A model generated the notes under the pieces. That model ran no database searches, was not told where the DNA came from, and worked only from the letters and a program-made list of their open reading frames with translations. The position numbers were made by a program, and so were the translations under genes. From positions 1-64,000 of the IMG/VR virus record IMGVR_UViG_3300044797_000396: DNA of 64,000 nucleotides. The stretch is one strand, 5' to 3'. The first letter of the stretch is position 1. Every line of letters begins with the position of its first letter. Source of the stretch: a virus. Below are positions 30,477 through 39,745 of the stretch, one piece after another.

Positions 30477-33400
30477 ATGGTTAATAGAGCTCCGGTATCT
30501 GTACAAAGACCCATTTGGTACGACTCTCAGCAAGTCGATGAGACGGATCTTACTTCCGAGCAACAAGCCAATGAAACCATTGAGGCTTCTATCATCGACA
30601 ATCATGTGGGCGATGGTGTTTTGCCCGAAGTTTTGGTGCAAAATGTTATCTATAATTCTGCCGTAGCTATCGGATATCAAGACGGATTACCCATCCTTGC
30701 GCAGTCCCAGCCCACTGATACTAATCTAGGCAATCAGCTTTCTATTAGTTTGATCGGCTCTACGGCTTCTGGCAAGCGTCAAATCAAGGTATGTGTTATT
30801 GGATTAGATTTTCAGAGCAATTTACAATACGAAGTTTTTTATTTTGAGCGAAATGAAGTGCAGGTGGGCGCCCAACATTTTACAAAAGTATTATTGTTAT
30901 TGTTCAACGATTTTATTGGTAATCCAACCCTATCTTTCAATCTAGGTGGAGAAATAGTTATCACGGAAGCTAACCCAATGACACTCTCCCGAGATGTTAT
31001 TATGGTGGCGCAAGACCAACAACCTAGTTTATTTTGGAGAGATTTTTTCCTCGATCCTTCTGTTAGTCAGTTATCCGTGCAGGCAATGTTACAAGCCGCT
31101 TTGCCCACCTACAATGTAGCGGATCTCAATATCTACACTGCCCCTTTGGATAATTTAGCTTTATTGAGTGGCGATGTGACCACCCAAATTGGAGAAAAAT
31201 TTATTGCCACCACTAACAATGTGCAAAAAGCCACACTATTATTGTCAGTGCAAAACCTAGCGGTGGGACAGCAAAATAATTTAGTATGGACAGGAGATCT
31301 TGTCGTCAGTATTTATCCATTGCAAACTACCTTAGGTTGCCCTACTGATTTTGTGCCTAACCTACCTATTGATTTTTCGCCCAGTGGTATCCCGCTAGCG
31401 CAAATTAGTTATAACTATACGAGTTTGATGGCAGCGGGTTATGTCTTGAATTCAGTTCCACAACCCATTGATTTTGTATTTAGCAATAGCCCTATTGCCA
31501 ACGGTAGTTTGATGGTACCAGGACAATATTACGCCCTTACTGTTAAAAGATCTGGTGCAGCTAACCAATGTAATATTTTAGTAGCGGTAGGTGGATCTAT
31601 CATTCCCAATTCCTGGGTTACTACTTTCGCTAGCACTCTGTGGGTAGATATTACTACGGAACAATTGTGGTTTCGTGTTTGGACAGATGCCGCTAAACTA
31701 TCTGATGGCCAAGCTTATGATGCAGGTAATGGCGTTATCATTCCTAAAACTACCACCGATCCTACTACTCAGGCTACGGTAGACTATTCTTTTGGTAACC
31801 AACAGTTTGTGGGCAATGACGTTTTTAGTGCTGTTATGGCGGCTGTAACCCAAGACTCCGTTCCAGTTCCTTCCCAGGCCACTGGTAATCCTGTCAATTC
31901 TCGTCAGCAATTCGTGCCACAGCTCAATTTGTTAGATACTATTGATTTAACTAATTTAGAGGCCACTTCCTCTCCCTTGGTATTGGGAGCCATTAGCGAT
32001 AAAAACATTAAGTCTTTTAACCCTGGTGCCGGCGTTATCACCGCTCCTCTTTTTAGTGCCACTATGGCTGCCGATGAATTATTGATTAGAGTGGTGACCG
32101 ATCCTACTGATACGGTTAGATACAATACCTTAGTGACGGCATTAGCTAGTTATTTGCTTAATGGTGCTTTGGTCAGCGCTCAAATTACACCAGATACGGG
32201 CGGAGCCCCTTTCACTAACTATCGTGTTGCTAGCGCTCAACTATGTTCAATGATTGTGGGTGATGTGGATGGTAATGGTATTATTGATGAGAATGACTTA
32301 GCACTTCTCAATACTTACATTGGATATAATCTCAATGTGGGATTACCAGATCAAACGATTATTAATACAGACGGCTATAATACTTCTTTTATTAATGGTT
32401 ATCAAACTTTAATTCAACCTTTTGCCAATCTATATAATGTTAGTTTCCAGTTAGTAGATCCTAATACTACCACCGTTATTGCAGATGGTTATGATGGTGT
32501 TTTGGTGGCTAACCCAGCTATTCCAGGTTCAGCTCAATTTACCAGCGCTTCGGTAACCTTCAACACTATTATTGGACTTAGTAGCTACAATTTGGTAGTG
32601 CTAAGTAATGGGGCTAATTCCGCCGACTTGGGAGGCTGGGCTATTTCTAGTTTGGACTCGGAAGCTGATGTCATCACCATTACTAAAATCTATTTGACGG
32701 GCGATGTTATTGCTCAAATGTTGCGAGCCGATATTGATGGAGATTTTGCCATTACCTATGCTGATGGTTATTTGCTTAATAACTACATCGAAAGATTACC
32801 TACTTCTACGATCCCGCCTGCTACCTATCCAGCCCCCTCTACTAATCCATATACTAAAATTGGTACTCGTTTTAATGTTATTAGATTGCGAGTAGAAGAG
32901 TTCATTGATAGGGCGGATGATTATGATGCTAATCCTAATACTCGTGCCCTATCTGTGCATCCACCACAAGATATTTTCAATAGTGATGGTTATCTATCCG
33001 GTCATAATTTCTATACTTTTCCAATCCAAATGTCTTTCAATCAAGAATTGGTATGGGATCCATCCTTGGTAATAACTTCTGCTCAACCTAAGTTAGTGTC
33101 AGCTGTCTTTGAGACGGAGTCTGGTTTCGTGCAAAATTCCTGTGTTATTGATGGGGTGCAATGCAATATTTATCCCGTTCCCACTCCTTTTGATCCAGGT
33201 CGCAATGACTTCTTCATTCCTAATAATCTTATTATAGGTGAGGGTGGGGAGCTACAAAGACCAGATGGAGATTTCTACAAGGTAGATTTCGAGGTAGGAA
33301 CTATTACCTTAGAAATACCAGATGGGTTGTTTGGTTCTGAACGAACTATCGATATTCTAAATGACTTCATTGCGGATTATACAGGTAATGGCGCTACTCG

Positions 33401-34031
33401 TTTGGGTTTTCCTTCTATGAGATTTGCTGATTGTTCTTTCGTATCGACTAATGCTATTGTAAATGATCAAATTATCTTCTCCGTTTCCGTCCAATCATTC
33501 TCTCCTAATACTAATGGTCTCAGTACCGATGGTTATTATGGAGCTATTGTAGATGGTACAATGGGTGTTAGTTTAGATCCTAGCACCGGCCTCTTGACCT
33601 TGAATTTTAGCAACCTTTATCAAGACCCTGTCCTACAAACTTTAAGCACCAAAGTATTAATTAGCGTCTTCTTAAAGAAGGGTGGTTTCAATAACCAACC
33701 TCTCTTCGTGGATTCGACCAAAGTGCAAAATATGCTCAGTCTAATTAGCGTATTCAGTGGAGCTAATGAGGGCGGTCCCTCTGCCCTAGTACAACTCGGT
33801 AATGATGTCACTGGTATTTTACCAATTCTCAATGGTGGTACTGGCCTAAATGGAGTAGGTGCTTTCGGAACCGTGCTAACCAGCACCGGCAGCGGTGTTA
33901 GTTATCAGTTCGTTACTTCTGCCTCTATCGCTTATGTTCCGGCTGTCTTGGCCAATTGGAGTGGCACTGCCCCTACTTCTATCGCTAATGCTTTGGATCG
34001 TATCGTTGCTCATCTTGGACCAATTCCATAA
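30477..34031 (+). CDS. Tail/baseplate protein with two dockerin/EF-hand-like motifs
   Basis: ATG 30477 follows GGAG. N-terminus WYDSQQVDETDLTSEQ, motifs GDVDGNGIIDENDLALLNTYI and ADIDGDFAITYADGYLLNNYI, and a fibre-like C-terminus VTGILPILNGGTG. Confidence 0.6.
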   Translation: MVNRAPVSVQRPIWYDSQQVDETDLTSEQQANETIEASIIDNHVGDGVLPEVLVQNVIYNSAVAIGYQDGLPILAQSQPTDTNLGNQLSISLIGSTASGKRQIKVCVIGLDFQSNLQYEVFYFERNEVQVGAQHFTKVLLLLFNDFIGNPTLSFNLGGEIVITEANPMTLSRDVIMVAQDQQPSLFWRDFFLDPSVSQLSVQAMLQAALPTYNVADLNIYTAPLDNLALLSGDVTTQIGEKFIATTNNVQKATLLLSVQNLAVGQQNNLVWTGDLVVSIYPLQTTLGCPTDFVPNLPIDFSPSGIPLAQISYNYTSLMAAGYVLNSVPQPIDFVFSNSPIANGSLMVPGQYYALTVKRSGAANQCNILVAVGGSIIPNSWVTTFASTLWVDITTEQLWFRVWTDAAKLSDGQAYDAGNGVIIPKTTTDPTTQATVDYSFGNQQFVGNDVFSAVMAAVTQDSVPVPSQATGNPVNSRQQFVPQLNLLDTIDLTNLEATSSPLVLGAISDKNIKSFNPGAGVITAPLFSATMAADELLIRVVTDPTDTVRYNTLVTALASYLLNGALVSAQITPDTGGAPFTNYRVASAQLCSMIVGDVDGNGIIDENDLALLNTYIGYNLNVGLPDQTIINTDGYNTSFINGYQTLIQPFANLYNVSFQLVDPNTTTVIADGYDGVLVANPAIPGSAQFTSASVTFNTIIGLSSYNLVVLSNGANSADLGGWAISSLDSEADVITITKIYLTGDVIAQMLRADIDGDFAITYADGYLLNNYIERLPTSTIPPATYPAPSTNPYTKIGTRFNVIRLRVEEFIDRADDYDANPNTRALSVHPPQDIFNSDGYLSGHNFYTFPIQMSFNQELVWDPSLVITSAQPKLVSAVFETESGFVQNSCVIDGVQCNIYPVPTPFDPGRNDFFIPNNLIIGEGGELQRPDGDFYKVDFEVGTITLEIPDGLFGSERTIDILNDFIADYTGNGATRLGFPSMRFADCSFVSTNAIVNDQIIFSVSVQSFSPNTNGLSTDGYYGAIVDGTMGVSLDPSTGLLTLNFSNLYQDPVLQTLSTKVLISVFLKKGGFNNQPLFVDSTKVQNMLSLISVFSGANEGGPSALVQLGNDVTGILPILNGGTGLNGVGAFGTVLTSTGSGVSYQFVTSASIAYVPAVLANWSGTAPTSIANALDRIVAHLGPIP

Positions 34032-34039
34032 TTGAGCCC

Positions 34040-34067
34040 TTGACATCCTAATTTTTGTAATTACGAT
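34040..34067 (+). promoter_or_regulatory. Sigma70-type promoter, likely leaderless transcript
   Basis: TTGACA-16 nt-TACGAT, with the ATG 7 nt downstream (34074) and no Shine-Dalgarno. Confidence 0.6.
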
Positions 34068-34073
34068 GTTCGT

Positions 34074-34745
34074 ATGCGGATACTAAAAAAATTATTGAAA
34101 TTACCAAGCCCAAAGGATTTGGGTTGGTCCAACGATAATGCTTTGCCATCGCGAGATTTTTCTCCTAATGCTATTGGAAAAACTTGGGAGGATTGGGATG
34201 AAAAAGTTAAGACGGACTATCCTGTTCGCTATTTTTTTGTGGAACAACTATATCCCTGGTTCCTGAGAAAATATCGGAGATTAGTCAAAGATCCTATTTA
34301 TTATCTAAAATGTCATTTACTCCCCAAACACAAATATCACTTGATCGATATCAGAGAGCCGAATGGTTATCGTTTTGGTTGGATTGATGCGGATCATAAA
34401 ATGATCTTAGCCCTTTTCACTATCCTCAATGATTTTGTCAAAGAGGAGATGCCACAAATGTATTGCCCTAGCGAAGAAGAAATACAAGTGGATCCTCATT
34501 TGTTGAAGCAGCGCAATGCCTATTTAGAGATCAAAGCCATTCACTATTGGTGGAACATTGAGCGTCTCCGTCAAGAAAAAGCTCATGACGATTTGTTGAG
34601 TGCTTGGTCTGCCGCTAAGCATTCTCAGGATCCCGCAGAGCATCAAATGTGGATCGATTTACAAAAAATACGAGAAGCCAACGAGGCCAAAACTGAGGAA
34701 ATGATTGAGCGATTATTAAAAATTAGACGCCACTTATGGACTTGA
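34074..34745 (+). CDS. Hypothetical protein
   Basis: 223 aa, Trp-rich helical ORF (GWIDADHKMILALFTILNDFV). Confidence 0.7.
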   Translation: MRILKKLLKLPSPKDLGWSNDNALPSRDFSPNAIGKTWEDWDEKVKTDYPVRYFFVEQLYPWFLRKYRRLVKDPIYYLKCHLLPKHKYHLIDIREPNGYRFGWIDADHKMILALFTILNDFVKEEMPQMYCPSEEEIQVDPHLLKQRNAYLEIKAIHYWWNIERLRQEKAHDDLLSAWSAAKHSQDPAEHQMWIDLQKIREANEAKTEEMIERLLKIRRHLWT

Positions 34746-34804
34746 TGATATAGATTGGATATAGCAAACATGCGCGTATTTGTGCATTTTTGCACATTTT
34801 ATTT

Positions 34805-35929
34805 ATGAAAATACTAATCCGTCAATTTTTGGGAAAGAACCACTCATGGTGTGTGGTTGGATGGGGTATCGCCAATGCCTTGATAGAACAAGGTCATGAT
34901 GTTCATTTGTTTTCCACTGATGGTATAAAACAACTACCTAAAAAATTACAACCCAATCTTATTGGGTATGTTGAGGAAAATGAAAAAAAACTTTTTGGTA
35001 GATTACCAGATAAAGAATATGATTGCCAAATTAGTTATACGGCATTAAAAAATTTTCCAGCTTATCTTAGCAACGGTTCTAAAAATAAATTTGGTATATG
35101 GTGCTATGAGTGGTCTGGCCCCAATGTTCTACCATTTGGTTTCGCCAAACATTATCAATCTTGTGATTATTTGTGCGCCCCATCAGAATGGCAAAAAAAA
35201 GAATTTATGAATTCTGGTATTCCAGAAGAAAAAATAAAAGTAATACCACATGGCATATGTGCTGCACAATACAAACAAAACACAACTATGGTTCTACCAA
35301 CCAAAAAGCGTTTTAAGATTTTAGCCAATATTGCGCAAAATCATTTAAGAAAAAATATTCCCGGCTTGCTGGATGCTTATGGCAAAGCATTTACTGAAAA
35401 AGACGATGTTTGTTTAGTTTTGAAGGCCAAAGACAAACCAATTGCAGCATTATTTGAGGTATCTTTAAACGAATGTTTGAATACTTTTAATCGCAAGTAT
35501 CCAAAACATGCCGAAGTAAAAATTTTATCGTCTTTTATAGACGATATGTCGATGTTGTATCGTAGCGTAGATGCAACATTTACTATGAGTTTAGGTGAAG
35601 GGTTTTATTTTCCTGGGCTTGAAAGTATTGCTGCTGGAAAATTAGCAATTGCACCAAATAATGGTGGTCATATGGATTTTCTTAATGGCAGCAATGCGTT
35701 GTTAATTGCGGGTAAAGAGGAAAGGGCTAATCCCAAAAGCATGTATTGGGGTGCAAATCCCAACGCAATGTGGTATCGACCCGACATAGATGATGCTGTT
35801 GATAAACTCAGATTTGCCTATGAAAAATACGAAACATTAAATAAAAAAATTGATGAACAGAGGATGAGTGTATACAATGAGTACGACTGGGGCGTGGTTG
35901 CTTCCAAATTTATTTCACTTTGCAAATGA
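34805..35929 (+). CDS. Glycosyltransferase, GT-B fold (GT4-like)
   Basis: ALIEQGHDVHLF, KIKVIPHGI, RKNIPGLLDAY, EGFYFPGLESIAAG. Probable ATG at 34805. Confidence 0.85.
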   Translation: MKILIRQFLGKNHSWCVVGWGIANALIEQGHDVHLFSTDGIKQLPKKLQPNLIGYVEENEKKLFGRLPDKEYDCQISYTALKNFPAYLSNGSKNKFGIWCYEWSGPNVLPFGFAKHYQSCDYLCAPSEWQKKEFMNSGIPEEKIKVIPHGICAAQYKQNTTMVLPTKKRFKILANIAQNHLRKNIPGLLDAYGKAFTEKDDVCLVLKAKDKPIAALFEVSLNECLNTFNRKYPKHAEVKILSSFIDDMSMLYRSVDATFTMSLGEGFYFPGLESIAAGKLAIAPNNGGHMDFLNGSNALLIAGKEERANPKSMYWGANPNAMWYRPDIDDAVDKLRFAYEKYETLNKKIDEQRMSVYNEYDWGVVASKFISLCK

Positions 35930-36648
35930 ATAAAGTATTGAGTATTATTATTCCAGTTTGGAATAAATCGCACTTCACTAAAACTTGTATTCAAGACTTA
36001 TCTTTACTACCAGCGGATCACGAGATCATTTTAGTTGATAACGGTAGTACTGATGATACTGAAACAATATTCCGAAATCTAAAATTGAAAACTACTGCGC
36101 CTGAGTTTCGATACGTGCGCAATATTACTAATTTAGGTTTTGCTTGTGCCTGTAATATTGGTTATGAGGAAGCTATTGCCCATAATGTTTTGTTCCTTAA
36201 TAATGACATCAAAGTGCGCGATCATTTTACTGATTGGACTAGTTCTTTAATAGAGCATTGTGTTACTTCTTTGGTTGGACCTACCATGGGGCAACTTAAT
36301 AATGAATTGGCCTTTGTCAAAGAAGCCAACCAAGAATTGCCTGGTAAATCCTATATGTCTGGTTGGTGTCTTGCCTCGTCCAAAGAAATATTCAAGAAAT
36401 TGGAAATTCCCAGACCTCTTTGTATCTACGACCACATTCCAGCACCTCAAATATTTTCCGAAGAATTTGGGAAGGCTTATTTTGAGGATACCGACTTATC
36501 TTTCCGAGCCAGACAATTGGGTATTCCATTCAAGGTAGTAAATATTCCAGTGGTTCATTTTGGAAAACAGACCAGCTCGCAACTCAATACACACAAATTA
36601 TATTCCGAAGCTAGGCAAATCTTTATTAAGAAGTGGGCTAAGAAATGA
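35926..36648 (+). CDS. Glycosyltransferase family 2
   Basis: LSIIIPVWN, EIILVDNGSTD, NLGFACACNIG, FLNND, YFEDTDLSFRA. Confidence 0.9.
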   Translation: MNKVLSIIIPVWNKSHFTKTCIQDLSLLPADHEIILVDNGSTDDTETIFRNLKLKTTAPEFRYVRNITNLGFACACNIGYEEAIAHNVLFLNNDIKVRDHFTDWTSSLIEHCVTSLVGPTMGQLNNELAFVKEANQELPGKSYMSGWCLASSKEIFKKLEIPRPLCIYDHIPAPQIFSEEFGKAYFEDTDLSFRARQLGIPFKVVNIPVVHFGKQTSSQLNTHKLYSEARQIFIKKWAKK

Positions 36649-36962
36649 AGTATTTTTCGCATGAACTAAGTGATTGGACTTGGTTTGATAGAAATCTTTA
36701 TAGGACAAATGATCAAAAAGGTGACAAGCAGTTTTTGATCGGGTTGGTATGCCTCGATAAACCCAAGCCTATTCAGAATACACATGAGCTTTGGCGAGTA
36801 GATGTTTTAGATTGGGGGGGCAATCTACAGTATCATACTATTTCTTTACTCAAAGAAGCGGGTTTATATCGTAAAGAGTATTCTTATAGCGAATTGGATC
36901 AAGCTAGAAAAGAATTAGATAATTTTATTATTCGAGTTGATAAACTGAAACTATTTATATAG
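36645..36962 (+). CDS. Small hypothetical protein with conserved C-terminal tag (RVDKLKLFI)
   Basis: 105 aa, ATGA-coupled. Its C-terminus matches the KLKAF-type tag. Confidence 0.7.
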   Translation: MKYFSHELSDWTWFDRNLYRTNDQKGDKQFLIGLVCLDKPKPIQNTHELWRVDVLDWGGNLQYHTISLLKEAGLYRKEYSYSELDQARKELDNFIIRVDKLKLFI

Positions 36963-36978
36963 AGAAAGAACGTGTATT

Positions 36979-37818
36979 ATGCCGGAAGGAGTCGAGGTCA
37001 AACTAAGTGCAGAAGTAATTAAGCCATTAGTAAAAGACAAACGAGTTCTCAGTGTTTCATTAGGAGCTAATAGTAGATACAAGTCACAACCTCCTGAGGG
37101 GTTAAATAAGTTTATTGAGGCTACATGTGCTGAAATAATAAAAGTAAATGATGTCCAAACTAAGGGTAAGTTTATGTATTGGACACTATCTCACGATTGG
37201 CATATGTTCTGCACGTTTGGTATGTCTGGTCAATGGAGCCCCAACAAAGGCAAACATCCTTGCTTGGGTATATTTTTGGGCGAAAACCATTTGACACATC
37301 CCGTAGAAAATATTTATTTTAATGATCCGCGCCATTTTGGAACTATCAAATTTACTAATAATCCAAAAGACTTGACAGATAAAATAAAAGAATTAGGTTG
37401 GGATCCATTGCAAATGTTATTATCCAACAATTTACCTTGGATTACGGCTCGGCTTGCAAGAACCAAAAAGCCTATTGCCGAGGTGTTGATGGATCAAAAA
37501 ATCTTTGCTGGCGTTGGCAACTATATAAAATGTGAAGGTCTTTACAGGGCAAAACTTTCCCCATGGAGAGCTAGTCCATCTCTGAATAACGCAGAGATAC
37601 AACTTTTATGTCAGTCTATTGTGGATGTAATGAACGAGTCGTATCAGCATCAGGGTGCCACCATACAAACTTATAAAACTGTGTACGGTGAAGAAGGAAG
37701 ATATTCAACACTTTTCAGGGTGTATGGTAAAAAAGTGGATCCTAATGGAAACAAAATAATTAGCGAAATAACGCCAGATAAGAGGAACACGCATTGGTGT
37801 CCCATTATCCAAAAATAG
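36979..37818 (+). CDS. mutM: Formamidopyrimidine-DNA glycosylase (Fpg/Nei family)
   Basis: N-terminal MPEGVEV catalytic motif, KGKFMY, GMSGQW, FNDPRHFG, H2TH LMDQKIFAGVGNYIKCE, and C-terminal RNTHWCP. Confidence 0.9.
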   Translation: MPEGVEVKLSAEVIKPLVKDKRVLSVSLGANSRYKSQPPEGLNKFIEATCAEIIKVNDVQTKGKFMYWTLSHDWHMFCTFGMSGQWSPNKGKHPCLGIFLGENHLTHPVENIYFNDPRHFGTIKFTNNPKDLTDKIKELGWDPLQMLLSNNLPWITARLARTKKPIAEVLMDQKIFAGVGNYIKCEGLYRAKLSPWRASPSLNNAEIQLLCQSIVDVMNESYQHQGATIQTYKTVYGEEGRYSTLFRVYGKKVDPNGNKIISEITPDKRNTHWCPIIQK

Positions 37819-37922
37819 TGTGCCCATCGATATAATAGTGTGTATGAAGAAGCGCACCAGCACAAATATAATTTACAAAATTACCGCTATAACTAGAATT
37901 ATAAAAAAGTTAGGAAACAAAA

Positions 37923-38909
37923 ATGACAATAGTGAATAAAATTTTGATTATATGTTGTGTTTTACTTGGTGTTGGATTAGTATCATATATGATCTACAAC
38001 CAAGAAGTGATTAAAAAACAAAATACGCAACTGCAATCTCAGATTGTTGCGCAACAACAACTAGTGGATGGCATCGTTCGTAGTCAAAGTCAGTATGCCT
38101 CCGCAGCGGATTTGGCTAAGTTTGCCGCTGACAATGATATCAATCTGAAAGCCATCCAAACTAATTTGCAAAGCCTTAACTCACAACTATCTTCTATCAA
38201 TGTTATTACCGCAGATAGTTCTGGTCAAACAGTTACCAATGTTAGCAGCACTAGCACTGGCCCAGCCAATCCCAATCCAGTAGCAGCGGGCACTTCCGAT
38301 CCTTCCGGCTATATGAAAAATGAGCAACAGCTAGCTCTCAACGAAGACTTTGGCACTCTCAAAGTGCCCTTTGGCACGGTAGGCTTCTCTGCCTGGCAAG
38401 CAGCTCCTTGGAATATCAATATTCTTCCAAGGGAGTATAATGTAGATACCGTAGTGGGAGTGGATGCTAACGAGAGACAAACTTTCTACAATAAATTTAC
38501 GGTAGATATCGGTGGCAAAACTTATGACATTCCAATCAAGAAAGCTACCACCGAGCAGCGGCTACCTAAGGCAACTTTTAGCTGGTGGAACCCGAAATTG
38601 TTCTTGACCGCAGGAGGTGGGCTCAACATTACTAGCTTGCCAGTCAATGGTTCCTTCAATGTGGGCGCGACTATGGAAATAATGTCATACGGAATATATC
38701 AAACAAGTCCCACTCTCTCTATCTTGCAATTAGGAGCGGGTTATCAGTCTAACAAAAACCAATTTACTGCTATTATTAACCCCATCAACTACAATGTGGG
38801 TAAACTTGTTCCAGGTAATCTTGCGAACAATACCTACTTGGGGCCTTCCATTCAGTTTTCACCCAACGGGAATGTATTTGCTGGATTGAATATTAGTATG
38901 GGATTTTGA
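37923..38909 (+). CDS. Membrane-anchored protein with coiled coil and C-terminal amphipathic beta strands
   Basis: N-terminal TM segment (ILIICCVLLGVGLVSYMIY), Gln-rich coiled coil, and a C-terminus ending VFAGLNISMGF. Confidence 0.55.
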   Translation: MTIVNKILIICCVLLGVGLVSYMIYNQEVIKKQNTQLQSQIVAQQQLVDGIVRSQSQYASAADLAKFAADNDINLKAIQTNLQSLNSQLSSINVITADSSGQTVTNVSSTSTGPANPNPVAAGTSDPSGYMKNEQQLALNEDFGTLKVPFGTVGFSAWQAAPWNINILPREYNVDTVVGVDANERQTFYNKFTVDIGGKTYDIPIKKATTEQRLPKATFSWWNPKLFLTAGGGLNITSLPVNGSFNVGATMEIMSYGIYQTSPTLSILQLGAGYQSNKNQFTAIINPINYNVGKLVPGNLANNTYLGPSIQFSPNGNVFAGLNISMGF

Positions 38910-39745
38910 TGAGCAAAGTCCATCTATTAACTCTCACTTGGAATGGTTTAGACAAACTAACTACACTACATAATTCATTGGCACCAGCACTAGCTGATCT
39001 GGATTATCATTGGTGGATCAAAGACAATGCCTCCAAAGATGATACGGTAGCAGTGGCCTCCACTTGGGAGAAGACTACGGTTCTTCCCTACAAAGATAAT
39101 ACGCAAAACTTTTCACAGGGTTGCAATGTTCTTTTTCGAGAAGCTTCTCCGAAAGATCAAGACTATGTGATGTTGCTCAACAACGACATTATCTTTAATG
39201 ATACTGTTTCTATTAAGAATATGCTCTCTATTATAGAAAAAGATATTACGGTGGGAATGGTGGGAGCTCGATTACTTTACACTAATACTGATAAGATACA
39301 GCACGCTGGTGTAGTTTTCGTTCCTAAGTATAATACTCCGATGCATTTTCGTGCGGGGCAACAAACAGACCACGATGCCCAACGCAATCGTCTTTTTCAG
39401 GCCATTACGGGAGCGGTCGCTATTACCAAGGCAGAATATTATCGTAATATTTGCACCACCAACAAATCAGGGATTAATGGGGCGGATGAACAATTCAGAT
39501 GGGCCTTTGATGATACTGATATGTGCCTTTCTATCAAATATAATATGGGCAAGAAAATCGTTTATTGTGGCAACACCAATATTTTCCATGAAGAAAGTGC
39601 TTCTCTCAAAAAGAACCCCACCAACAAATTGTTTCTAAATCATAACCTTACATATTTGTTCAAGAAATGGAAAGGTCGCTACCAGATAGATATAGAGACT
39701 TATACCAAGGATCCTAAACATAACTTGTATATGGCGGGTAAATGA
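38909..39745 (+). CDS. Glycosyltransferase family 2
   Basis: LLTLTWNG, IKDNASKD, NFSQGCN, MLLNND, IQHAGV, AFDDTDMCL, HEESAS. Confidence 0.9.
   Translation: MSKVHLLTLTWNGLDKLTTLHNSLAPALADLDYHWWIKDNASKDDTVAVASTWEKTTVLPYKDNTQNFSQGCNVLFREASPKDQDYVMLLNNDIIFNDTVSIKNMLSIIEKDITVGMVGARLLYTNTDKIQHAGVVFVPKYNTPMHFRAGQQTDHDAQRNRLFQAITGAVAITKAEYYRNICTTNKSGINGADEQFRWAFDDTDMCLSIKYNMGKKIVYCGNTNIFHEESASLKKNPTNKLFLNHNLTYLFKKWKGRYQIDIETYTKDPKHNLYMAGK

Noticed and set aside
1-34031. Extracellular contractile injection system (eCIS/tailocin) in a bacterial chromosome
   Set aside because: The contiguous replication, RNR, sigma, endolysin and homing-endonuclease genes on one strand indicate a large phage genome.
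34700-34745. Terminus ERLLKIRRHLWT as an eleventh tag
   Set aside because: The Arg is two residues out of register, there is no Phe at -2, and the protein is twice the size of the others. Left uncounted.
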